DNA from: a virus
Taxonomy: Duplodnaviria; Caudoviricetes
Strand: one strand, 5' to 3'
DNA: 42,092 nucleotides
Virus record (IMG/VR): IMGVR_UViG_3300020045_008038
Coordinates: 1-42,092 of that record
Both the position numbers and the translations under genes were made by a program. A model generated the notes under the pieces. It was not told where the DNA came from and made no database searches. It worked only from the letters and a program-made list of their open reading frames with translations. Shown one piece after another: positions 17,257 to 24,631 of the stretch (the stretch's first letter is position 1; each line of letters begins with the position of its first letter).

Positions 17257-17832
17257 ATGTATAAAAAAGGTAGTAATCAACACATTAAGTATCAAAAGCT
17301 GGAGTTAACTCAAAAAAACAAGTTTGCACTGCTTATCTGTGCAATATTTGCACTTCTCGTTACGTTACTTGGTCGTGAATGGGTATGGCGACATCCTACA
17401 ATGTCACCAGTGCCAGAAAATCCACACGTAAGCCAGGAAGAATCCAATCGCATCATAAAACGTGCATTCGCCGCTGAGACATTGAAAAAACAAGAGGAAG
17501 CAACGCCGGAGAACATCATTACCTACATTTCAAAGGTATTTGCTCCCGAAGGCACTGAAATTATGTTCCGAGCGATTCACATTGCTAAAAACGAGTCAGG
17601 ACTACGAGTAAACGCCAAAGGATACAACTGCCGGTATAATGGGGTAAGTAAGGCGTGTAAGGTAGAAGATCGTGCGAATGCTTGGTCCGTAGACTGTGGG
17701 ATATTCCAACATAACGTCATAGGTCAGTCATGTCCTACCATGTCATGGAAGCAAAATGTGGATAAGGCCTATGCTTTGTATAAACGCCGGGGATTTACCC
17801 CCTGGGTGGTAGCACTAAACCTAGGGTATTGA
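17257..17832 (+). CDS. Membrane-anchored lysozyme-like / lytic transglycosylase
   Basis: TM helix FALLICAIFALLV; catalytic-type NESG, DCGIFQ, GFTPW. Confidence 0.75.
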   Translation: MYKKGSNQHIKYQKLELTQKNKFALLICAIFALLVTLLGREWVWRHPTMSPVPENPHVSQEESNRIIKRAFAAETLKKQEEATPENIITYISKVFAPEGTEIMFRAIHIAKNESGLRVNAKGYNCRYNGVSKACKVEDRANAWSVDCGIFQHNVIGQSCPTMSWKQNVDKAYALYKRRGFTPWVVALNLGY

Positions 17833-17858
17833 CACAAATCACTAACACATGATAGTAT
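17829..17858 (+). promoter_or_regulatory. Early promoter 2 with operator copy
   Basis: TTGACA-18-TAGTAT overlapping ACTAACACATGATAGT. Confidence 0.65.
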
Positions 17859-17895
17859 CTAGTAAGTACAAACAATTCTCTTGAAAGGGGAACAC

Positions 17896-18051
17896 ATGGA
17901 TAACAAAATAAGGATCTCAACGATCATCAATATACAGGAACGCTTGACCGAAAAACTGGACCCAAAAAGCGTTAACGACACCGTAAAAAAACTCGCCATC
18001 CTTAATTTCATGAACGAAATCATGAAATCGTCACTGATTGGGGAGGAATAA
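17896..18051 (+). CDS. Hypothetical protein (51 aa, not in ORF track)
   Basis: AAGGGG SD, MDNKIRIST...LIGEE. Confidence 0.6.
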   Translation: MDNKIRISTIINIQERLTEKLDPKSVNDTVKKLAILNFMNEIMKSSLIGEE

Positions 18052-18054
18052 CCT

Positions 18055-18693
18055 ATGAAAACATCAGAATCAATCAAAGCAATAGCACCGGCACTCCTGA
18101 AAGCGCAGAAACTCATGGGCGCAGCTAAAAAAGATGCTGAGAATCCATTTTATAAACACAACTATGCTGATCTGGGATCAGTCATGGAAGTCTGTAAGGG
18201 TCCACTCAACGAAAACGGGATCATCGTGCTACAGCCGGTTGTCGGTACGTTCGTTGAAACGACACTAGTACATGAGTCCGGGGAGTGGATGAGTAGCGAG
18301 ACACCTATCGTCACCGCAACACAGAACGATCCCCAGAAACTAGGAAGTGCGATCAGTTATGCACGACGCTATGGACTACAGTCAATGCTATTTATCCCTG
18401 CTGAAGATGACGATGCCGAGAAAGCAACGACTCACACCCCTGCACCATACATCAAGCAAACCACTGGTGAGGTCGTACAACCGTCTACAAAGGCCACGCC
18501 GAAGCAATTGGTGGCAATCCATGCCCTCCTTGCCGCTAAAGGACGTACAACGGCTTCTGTACATAAGAAGTTCGGAGTAGAACACACAAGCGATTTAACT
18601 ATGGCACAGGCATCACAGTTGATAGATGCGTTGGATAAGATGCCGGACGTAGTACAAGAGGAGAAAGTGAATCCAGACGATGTATTGGTATAA
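18055..18693 (+). CDS. erf: ERF-family single-strand annealing protein
   Basis: NPFYKHNYADL, LVHESGEWM, QKLGSAISYARRYGL, EDDDAE; C-terminal ATPKQ domain. Confidence 0.92.
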   Translation: MKTSESIKAIAPALLKAQKLMGAAKKDAENPFYKHNYADLGSVMEVCKGPLNENGIIVLQPVVGTFVETTLVHESGEWMSSETPIVTATQNDPQKLGSAISYARRYGLQSMLFIPAEDDDAEKATTHTPAPYIKQTTGEVVQPSTKATPKQLVAIHALLAAKGRTTASVHKKFGVEHTSDLTMAQASQLIDALDKMPDVVQEEKVNPDDVLV

Positions 18694-18708
18694 ATAAAGG
18701 AGATAATT

Positions 18709-19503
18709 ATGTGTGACGGAGTAGCGATATTTTCTAACAACAAAAAAGCATTTCATACGACTGGTACATCGAGTCATTCTGATGCAGCGCAGAAGCTAAA
18801 GATTGACGAAGATCACTACATGAAAAGCGAATACCACTGGTGGGATAAGTCTTTTGTGCCAGATCACTACGACGAAGATGGTATTCAAACACTCAAAAGT
18901 CATGGCGTGGATATTGAAAAAGCGACAAATATAGCCAAAAAACACGCTTTTGATTCCTTTAAAACACAAAAACAGCTTGTGAAATGGCTCAAAGAAACGC
19001 CAAGCGAATGGGGAAGATTAGTTATTTATGATAAAAAACGACTAGCAAAACTCGTTAATCCGAAACTTGTTTTATATCAAGACAAGCTTGCAAAGTTCAA
19101 AAAAACAAAGATAGGAAAATATAACCCATACCAAGCAACAAAGATCCCTTCTTTGAAAGAGATGAAGAAACGACTACCGGCTCAGGTCGGGGATCAGGTC
19201 TGGGATCAGGTCTGGGATCAGGTCAGGGCTCAGGTCTGGGATCAGGCCGGGGCTCAGGTCTGGGATCAGGTCGGGGCTCAGGTCTGGGATCAGGTCGGGG
19301 CTCAGGTCAGGGCTCAGGTCGGGGCTCAGGTCATGGCAACCTCATATTGGGCCATCAAAGTAACTCTTGGTCTTCCCATAAAACACTGGTTTTTTGATTT
19401 TCTCAAACTCGGAGTCATGGTTGTATTTGTACAAGGGAAAGTAAAAGTATTTGGTAAAAAAGGAAAATTCTTAGGTGAATACGATAAAAAGGATTTTGAA
19501 TAA
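18709..19503 (+). CDS. Hypothetical protein with (D/A)QV(W/G/R) tetrapeptide repeats
   Basis: 264 aa, AAGGAG SD. Confidence 0.75.
   Translation: MCDGVAIFSNNKKAFHTTGTSSHSDAAQKLKIDEDHYMKSEYHWWDKSFVPDHYDEDGIQTLKSHGVDIEKATNIAKKHAFDSFKTQKQLVKWLKETPSEWGRLVIYDKKRLAKLVNPKLVLYQDKLAKFKKTKIGKYNPYQATKIPSLKEMKKRLPAQVGDQVWDQVWDQVRAQVWDQAGAQVWDQVGAQVWDQVGAQVRAQVGAQVMATSYWAIKVTLGLPIKHWFFDFLKLGVMVVFVQGKVKVFGKKGKFLGEYDKKDFE
19180..19335 (+). repeat. 12-bp coding tandem repeat x13
   Basis: G(A/C)TCAGGTC(T/G/A)GG units in frame. Confidence 0.95.
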
Positions 19504-19506
19504 CCT

Positions 19507-19737
19507 ATGGAAACGATCAAATCAGCAGCGATAAAATTTCCATCAAATGTAATAACTGGATCATCTCACTCGGTAGCATGGGAAGAAGTACGATTTATTG
19601 GAAAAGAAGGATTTGTTACTAATATGGGTGAATTTGTTACAAGAATACAAGCGATGAATATAGCTGTTAGAAATGGACAAGTTAAACGAGAGGCATGTAT
19701 GGATAGAAAAGAATTACATAGTTGTGATTTAAAATGA
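19507..19737 (+). CDS. Conserved-type small phage protein
   Basis: AAIK...GFVTNMGEFVTR..AMNIA..GQV..ELHSCDL pattern. Confidence 0.65.
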   Translation: METIKSAAIKFPSNVITGSSHSVAWEEVRFIGKEGFVTNMGEFVTRIQAMNIAVRNGQVKREACMDRKELHSCDLK

Positions 19738-19741
19738 GAAC

Positions 19742-19840
19742 TCAGAGCCGATTCGGGCAGGGTCGGCTCCTGATACTCTCTCCCCGCCCCTTTCAGAGAT
19801 TGAGGATTCACCTCCATAACTTCTAAACGGGGAGAGAATA
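19742..19840 (+). other. Structured intergenic RNA element
   Basis: GAGCCGA/TCGGCTC and TCTCTCCCCG/CGGGGAGAGA stems. Confidence 0.5.
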
Positions 19841-19853
19841 TGAGGAAAATATT

Positions 19854-20036
19854 ATGAAACTATACTCTATCGCAGACATTGCAAAAGCCCGGGGAATCAC
19901 CCGTACATCGGCATACTTACTAACCCGTAGGCATGGGAAGGGTACGCACATGGGGAAGATGATCGTGTTTGATCAAAAGGACTTTGACTACCTATGTTCT
20001 ATTCCAAATTGGAACGGGCATATAGCTGGTGCTTGA
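19854..20036 (+). CDS. Helix-turn-helix DNA-binding protein (Xis/Cro-like)
   Basis: LYSIADIAKARGITRTSAY HTH pattern, 60 aa. Confidence 0.7.
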   Translation: MKLYSIADIAKARGITRTSAYLLTRRHGKGTHMGKMIVFDQKDFDYLCSIPNWNGHIAGA

Positions 20037-20061
20037 CATACATACTATCATGTGTTATCAT
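20033..20061 (+). promoter_or_regulatory. Early promoter 3 with operator copy
   Basis: TTGACA-17-TATCAT overlapping ACTATCATGTGTTATC. Confidence 0.7.
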
Positions 20062-20095
20062 GGGATAAGTATAAAGATATTACGAAAGGGGTAAT

Positions 20096-20269
20096 ATGAC
20101 AGACTACTACAGAATCAGATTCACGAGATACACAGGAGGCATTACTCCTGAGAAAGCCTATCCTTCTAAACTAGGCGTAGACCTAGATGAGACCGTCAAA
20201 GAGTTTGTAGAACGGTACGAGGATAGTCAGGTCAGGGCATGGATATCCCACGAAAAGAGGTCCATATGA
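20096..20269 (+). CDS. Hypothetical protein (57 aa, not in ORF track)
   Basis: AAGGGG SD, MTDYYRIRF... Confidence 0.6.
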   Translation: MTDYYRIRFTRYTGGITPEKAYPSKLGVDLDETVKEFVERYEDSQVRAWISHEKRSI

Positions 20270-20451
20270 ACTATCAAAATTTTGAGGACTATCTAATTGA
20301 AATGCACGCACAACAGTACAGGGGTTTTGATGATGAAATGTCAGACGACTACCAGATGTGGATATCTAATTTATCCGTTGACGAATGGATAAGCCTTGGA
20401 AATTTTTATGGATCAATTAAAAAAATGAGCAAGAAAAAGGATAACGTATGA
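20266..20451 (+). CDS. Hypothetical protein
   Basis: Start MNYQNF, ATGA-coupled. Confidence 0.6.
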   Translation: MNYQNFEDYLIEMHAQQYRGFDDEMSDDYQMWISNLSVDEWISLGNFYGSIKKMSKKKDNV

Positions 20452-20555
20452 TCATGGAAAACGAAGATTATTTTCTTTTAACATTCATGGCTGGGATCAT
20501 TATCGCCGCATTTTGTATGATTGGGTATGGAATGTGGAGTTTGGGTACTCCGTAA
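20448..20555 (+). CDS. Small membrane peptide (35 aa)
   Basis: ATGA overlap; FLLTFMAGIIIAAFCMIGY. Confidence 0.5.
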   Translation: MIMENEDYFLLTFMAGIIIAAFCMIGYGMWSLGTP

Positions 20556-20609
20556 GGAGTGGCGTAACGAGTAGTACGTCGTATAAAAATTTTAGTAGGA
20601 GGTAAGTAT

Positions 20610-20786
20610 ATGGAAGAACGATTTGCTGGACGAGTAATAGTAGAAGAAGGCCAAGACAGTAAAGATGTTGTCGTTACTGTACTTAGAGAAGATGAAGAGG
20701 GGGAAGTGACATTTTCAACAGAAAAAGAAAACGGTGATATTTATCTCGTAATGAAAATTAAAGACTTAAAAGAATTTTTTAAGTAA
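20610..20786 (+). CDS. Acidic hypothetical protein (58 aa)
   Basis: AGGAGGT SD, MEERFAGRV... Confidence 0.65.
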   Translation: MEERFAGRVIVEEGQDSKDVVVTVLREDEEGEVTFSTEKENGDIYLVMKIKDLKEFFK

Positions 20787-21121
20787 GTGGTTTGGGCATC
20801 CGAAAGGATGAGGACGCTTACGAGTAGTACGTCGGGGGTTCTCTCCCGACACGATCCAGGGGTCAGAGCTGAGGCAAAGGCTACTGGGTTCTGTTGAGAG
20901 AGAATTGATAGTTTTCCCCTAGAGGGTATGTCCACCGTTCGACTCGGTAGACAGGGTGTGAATCCGCTCGTAAGAGTTGTCAGGGATTCTGGCACACACC
21001 TCCTTGGGAAAGCTATCAATAGCACATTTCAATCATTTAGATGGGTACAGCAACAACTATGGTTACCAGTGTAACGGGGTGCAACTCCCAATAGAGCAAC
21101 TGTACCCTTCCATGTGATTGA
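20787..21121 (+). ncRNA. Cluster of structured RNA elements with T-loop arms
   Basis: 15-bp closing stem 20904-20918/21006-21020, ACCG-TTCGACT-CGGT, GNRA loops, second stem 21029-21121 containing GGG-TGCAACT-CCC. Confidence 0.6.
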
Positions 21122-21150
21122 ACGAGTATAAAAAGAGTAGGAGGAAGTGT

Positions 21151-21357
21151 ATGGCTATATATCATTCAAACGACAGATACGAGTTTGATCTAACAATCAA
21201 ACACTATGGTGATAAAGATAGAAGAATAGATCCATATATGGGTGGATATCCAAGACAGGAAGAAAAACCAGAGGAAGAATTAAAAGAAAGTCTAACATTT
21301 AACTCTAGGACTGCTACGGAAGTAGTACGAAAGCTACTTGATTATTTAGAGAGGTAA
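21151..21357 (+). CDS. Hypothetical protein
   Basis: AGGAGG SD before MAIY. Confidence 0.6.
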   Translation: MAIYHSNDRYEFDLTIKHYGDKDRRIDPYMGGYPRQEEKPEEELKESLTFNSRTATEVVRKLLDYLER

Positions 21358-21361
21358 TTCT

Positions 21362-21889
21362 ATGCAAGCAAAGTATTCCATCGGAGAGATCGTCAAAATC
21401 AAAGCAACAGGGGAGAAGGTGAAGATACAAAGTCTATATCCACCACCAGTTGATGGAATAGAGTACTTTTATTTCTGTGAACATAAATTACATGGATATC
21501 ATGAATCCGAACTCAAGCCATTCTGTCCCAGCAGATCAGGAGTGAGAGGGAAGGATGGGAAGTTTGTGAAAAGACAATTACCACAGGAAGCTCCACTAAC
21601 GTGTCCATTTTGTTTTCAGATAGCGGAAAAATGTAAATGTAGCCTTTTGAGAAAGGTTCTCTCTCACGCTCAGTCAGTGAAGAAATCAAACATAGCAGAT
21701 CCATTAAGAGGAATGAAAATGGTTGGGTTAGACTCCCGTCTTGCAGAGCTGGAAAAGAGGATGAAATTAAGCAGTATAGATCCTTTGATTGAAGTAGATA
21801 AACCAAATACACAAACAGAAAAAACCATAAGTGTATTAGTAGGAAAAATAAACCAGTTGTGTGATCGTATCAACGCTATGAGTACATGA
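21362..21889 (+). CDS. Hypothetical mosaic protein (SH3-like N-terminus, CPFC motif)
   Basis: KYSIGEIVKIK, RGKDGKFVK, CPFC...CKC. Confidence 0.55.
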   Translation: MQAKYSIGEIVKIKATGEKVKIQSLYPPPVDGIEYFYFCEHKLHGYHESELKPFCPSRSGVRGKDGKFVKRQLPQEAPLTCPFCFQIAEKCKCSLLRKVLSHAQSVKKSNIADPLRGMKMVGLDSRLAELEKRMKLSSIDPLIEVDKPNTQTEKTISVLVGKINQLCDRINAMST

Positions 21890-21893
21890 ATAT

Positions 21894-22124
21894 ATGAAAG
21901 AACCAACAGCTACTACTCGTTTTGTTATCGCAGGAAACTGGAGTCAGTTTATGAATTGGCTACGACAAGATGAGTTCAATGGGAAAAATGCTGTTTATGT
22001 TGGAAGAACACGAGATATTGTTGGAAGAAATAGAGAATCAGTTGAAATTATAAAAGTTGGGACATGGTACGAAAACCACGAGGGGGTAGATTCACTTGAA
22101 AGATTACTTGGAGTACGCATATGA
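21894..22124 (+). CDS. Hypothetical protein
   Basis: 76 aa in tightly packed operon. Confidence 0.6.
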   Translation: MKEPTATTRFVIAGNWSQFMNWLRQDEFNGKNAVYVGRTRDIVGRNRESVEIIKVGTWYENHEGVDSLERLLGVRI

Positions 22125-22294
22125 AAAAGACACCTGCTAAAAAGAAAAAACCTACAGTCTACACGAGTCCTATGTTGTATTTCTATGGTGACCCATACGA
22201 ATCATTGGATTCATGGAAGCATGGAGTGATTTACAAAGGATTATTTCATATTGAGCTATTTGGTATAAAAATTGAGGTTTGGAAAAAACTATGA
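22121..22294 (+). CDS. Hypothetical protein (57 aa, not in ORF track)
   Basis: ATGA-coupled at both ends. Confidence 0.55.
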   Translation: MKKTPAKKKKPTVYTSPMLYFYGDPYESLDSWKHGVIYKGLFHIELFGIKIEVWKKL

Positions 22295-22632
22295 ATAGTC
22301 CAACTGTCCGATCACTAAAAAAGCTACGAGATGAGGGGTATACCTGTCAGGTGGTAGAACACTTTAATTCATTTGTGAAGATACGGCAGGATCTATTCAA
22401 TTTTATAGATATTGTAGCGATACGATCCGATGTGCCAGGTGTATTGGGGGTACAAACGACATCACGATCTAACACTAGTGCAAGAGTAAAGAAAATTACT
22501 GATAATCCGATATCAAAGACATGGCTATCTGCTGGAAATAAAATAGAAGTACACGGGTGGAGCAAGATGGGAGCAAGAGGCAAGGTGAAGCATTGGAACT
22601 GCTTTGTAGAAGAAATGAAAGGAACCATATGA
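22291..22632 (+). CDS. PD-(D/E)XK-type nuclease (Holliday-junction-resolvase-like)
   Basis: LRDEGY, DLFNFIDIVAI, VLGVQTT. Confidence 0.65.
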   Translation: MNSPTVRSLKKLRDEGYTCQVVEHFNSFVKIRQDLFNFIDIVAIRSDVPGVLGVQTTSRSNTSARVKKITDNPISKTWLSAGNKIEVHGWSKMGARGKVKHWNCFVEEMKGTI

Positions 22633-23189
22633 CAACAGAACAAGCGCAAGCGATAGAAAAAGGGATAGAGGAAGCTAAATTTTTATTTGTAACTGGTCAT
22701 GGTGACTATAAAATGTTTTCAGCTCATGCAAAAGAAAGACAACTTGTAGTTTTTCTTCGTAACTTTGCTCACTCTCTCCTCTCCACAAAAGAACCTGAGA
22801 CAAAGTGTCCAGCGTGTAATGGAAAAGGCGAAAAAAGTAGTTTTAGTGACGGAGATATTCGCAAATGTACAAGATGTAATGGTAAAGGAAGCTACTCCAC
22901 AAAAGAACCTGAGACGGTGGGAGAGTGGTCGGTTGATTTTGATAGGAAGTTTCCTGAACTTGGAGTTATTGAGGGAGTTACTGACAGTGGTTCTATATGT
23001 GGTTACGATGCTACTGATGTGGTTAAATCCTTTATCCGCTCTCTCTTGACCTCAAAACTCTCTGAACAGAGGAGTGAGATGATGGGGAGACTACCAATAC
23101 CGAAAGATTATATTCCAGCTTCCGATTTCATGAGGGGTTATGAATTAGCTCTCAAAGACGTACACGAAGCATTAGGACATAAAGTATGA
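22629..23189 (+). CDS. Hypothetical protein with inserted DnaJ-type zinc finger
   Basis: CPACNGKG...CTRCNGKG flanked by duplicated STKEPET. Confidence 0.65.
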   Translation: MTTEQAQAIEKGIEEAKFLFVTGHGDYKMFSAHAKERQLVVFLRNFAHSLLSTKEPETKCPACNGKGEKSSFSDGDIRKCTRCNGKGSYSTKEPETVGEWSVDFDRKFPELGVIEGVTDSGSICGYDATDVVKSFIRSLLTSKLSEQRSEMMGRLPIPKDYIPASDFMRGYELALKDVHEALGHKV

Positions 23190-23422
23190 ACACTGATTTG
23201 ATAATAAAACTAGCAGAAGGGAACCCAGGGGCATTGACAGTGATATCCGAGCTTCAATGGTATCGGAATTGGGAAGATATGCTCAAATGGATGCTGAAAA
23301 CTGGACTGACTGGTCATAAGATATGGGAAAAGTATAAAGACGAGTATCACCAGTCATGGTCAATGTTTGGGGATTGGGTTCAGAAAGAAACATATAAAGA
23401 CGTACACGAAGCATTGAAATAA
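23186..23422 (+). CDS. Conserved-type phage hypothetical protein
   Basis: LAEGNPGALTV...G..IW..YKD. Confidence 0.65.
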   Translation: MNTDLIIKLAEGNPGALTVISELQWYRNWEDMLKWMLKTGLTGHKIWEKYKDEYHQSWSMFGDWVQKETYKDVHEALK

Positions 23423-23424
23423 AT

Positions 23425-23625
23425 ATGAAATACGGAAAACCAATGTCTACATATATCCAATGGAAGGGAACAGACCTTTGTATGGATTGGCTTTGTGAAG
23501 ATGGACACAGAAATCACTTCGATGGGTTTTATGCCTATGAAATCGTATGTGAAGAATGTGGGAAAGCATATTATCCAGAGGATCATGTTGTTTTAAGTAA
23601 AACCAAACCAGATTTTATGAAATAA
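23425..23625 (+). CDS. Small Zn-binding hypothetical protein
   Basis: IQWKGTDLCMD..C..G..HFDG...CEECG. Confidence 0.65.
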   Translation: MKYGKPMSTYIQWKGTDLCMDWLCEDGHRNHFDGFYAYEIVCEECGKAYYPEDHVVLSKTKPDFMK

Positions 23626-23644
23626 TCCTCAGTAGGAATGATAT

Positions 23645-23737
23645 ATGAAAAAAGTAAGTAAAAAGACAGTAAAAAAGATGATGGCGTATTATCTAAAGAA
23701 GTATGCAAAAGCATGGAAAACACTTGCAGGTAAATGA
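23645..23737 (+). CDS. Small basic peptide (30 aa)
   Basis: MKKVSKK...LAGK between two 28-nt repeats. Confidence 0.45.
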   Translation: MKKVSKKTVKKMMAYYLKKYAKAWKTLAGK

Positions 23738-23756
23738 TCCTCAATGGGAATGATAT

Positions 23757-23945
23757 ATGAAAAACTTGGAAAAGAAATGGTTTATTGAAAAATATAGTCA
23801 TCTTTTTCCATCGTGGGAATATGCATATAGACGACATTTCATTGAAGGTAAATCCTATGCATACATAGGAAAAACAGTTGGATTAAACTGGATTACTATA
23901 AGAATACACGCAATGAATTATAAAAGAAACTTTATTTCTCAGTAG
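23757..23945 (+). CDS. Small HTH-like protein (sigma region-4-like)
   Basis: RRHFIEGKSYAYIGKTVGLNWITIR. Confidence 0.5.
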   Translation: MKNLEKKWFIEKYSHLFPSWEYAYRRHFIEGKSYAYIGKTVGLNWITIRIHAMNYKRNFISQ

Positions 23946-24178
23946 GAATGATGGAGATGGGGAAACTGGCGCAGACGGTATATCTAGTCAGTTCCCGAAC
24001 GCCTCCATCACTCGTGCTGAGAAGCACAAATTCGTTGGCTTGAGGGTTTCCCTCTTTGCTAATACTGGACTCAGCTTGACCCCTTGATTAGTTATCTGTA
24101 ACCGCCAAGAAGGGAGTCCAGAGACATTCCCAGCCGTTCGGTCAAGCCCTCATGGCGGTCAAGAGGACTGGCTGGGAT
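23938..24178 (+). ncRNA. Structured RNA: long hairpin plus double-pseudoknot domain
   Basis: Stems CTGGACTC/GAGTCCAG and TCCCAGCC/GGCTGGGA with cross-pairings GCTTGACC/GGTCAAGC and ACCGCCA/TGGCGGT. Confidence 0.65.
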
Positions 24179-24180
24179 AT

Positions 24181-24268
24181 GACCGATTAGTGTAACGGTA
24201 GCACGCTCACCAAATTACACGGCCGTGTTAGGGAGTGAGCAGAGGGAGTTCGATTCTCCCATCGGTCA
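24181..24268 (+). tRNA. tRNA-like RNA with non-canonical 24-nt anticodon loop (isotype undetermined)
   Basis: Acceptor GACCGAT/ATCGGTC, D-arm GTGT-AACGGTA-GCAC, CTCAC/GTGAG stem, T-arm GGGAG-TTCGATT-CTCCC; 3' end ACTA rather than NCCA. Confidence 0.75.
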
Positions 24269-24283
24269 CTAAGGAGTAAAAAT

Positions 24284-24466
24284 ATGTCAGAACAAGAAGT
24301 ACGATTACTTATAAAAAAGAATCATCTCACTTGGGATGAGTTTTGTGAGTTTATGAAAGGTCAAACAGTTGGGATGAATGAAGATGGAAGTACCAACTTC
24401 TATGACTGTGATGTAAAGAAATTTATAGAGAAAAGAGGTAAGATAAACGTATTTGAGTGGGACTAA
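24284..24466 (+). CDS. Hypothetical protein
   Basis: AAGGAG SD; FMKGQTVG...FYDCDV. Confidence 0.65.
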   Translation: MSEQEVRLLIKKNHLTWDEFCEFMKGQTVGMNEDGSTNFYDCDVKKFIEKRGKINVFEWD

Positions 24467-24481
24467 AGAAAGTGAGGTTAT

Positions 24482-24631
24482 ATGTCAACAGAAGCACCAT
24501 CATTCCAAGGACCGGAGGATCCGCCGGAAGTTAATCCGTACAACGAAGACGGGGAAATATGGGATGAGCTTATCCCAGCTCCGTCAGCTCCGACAGATAA
24601 TGATCGTGGAGAAGTGGAGGATGATTCATGA
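24482..24631 (+). CDS. Highly acidic Pro-rich peptide (49 aa)
   Basis: GAGGT SD; MSTEAPSF...EVEDDS. Confidence 0.5.
   Translation: MSTEAPSFQGPEDPPEVNPYNEDGEIWDELIPAPSAPTDNDRGEVEDDS

Noticed and set aside
19180-19335. Possible CRISPR array or DGR variable region
   Set aside because: Contiguous 12-bp in-frame units without spacers; no cas or reverse transcriptase gene, no adenine-specific template/variable pair seen
20790-20834. Resemblance to c-di-GMP-I riboswitch (GAAA hairpin then GGACGC)
   Set aside because: Lacks the GGCAAAC/GCAAAG junction and tetraloop-receptor arm; kept only as an unknown motif
20741-21025. Minus-strand 94-aa ORF
   Set aside because: Opposite to the operon, no RBS, overlaps a region better explained by RNA structure
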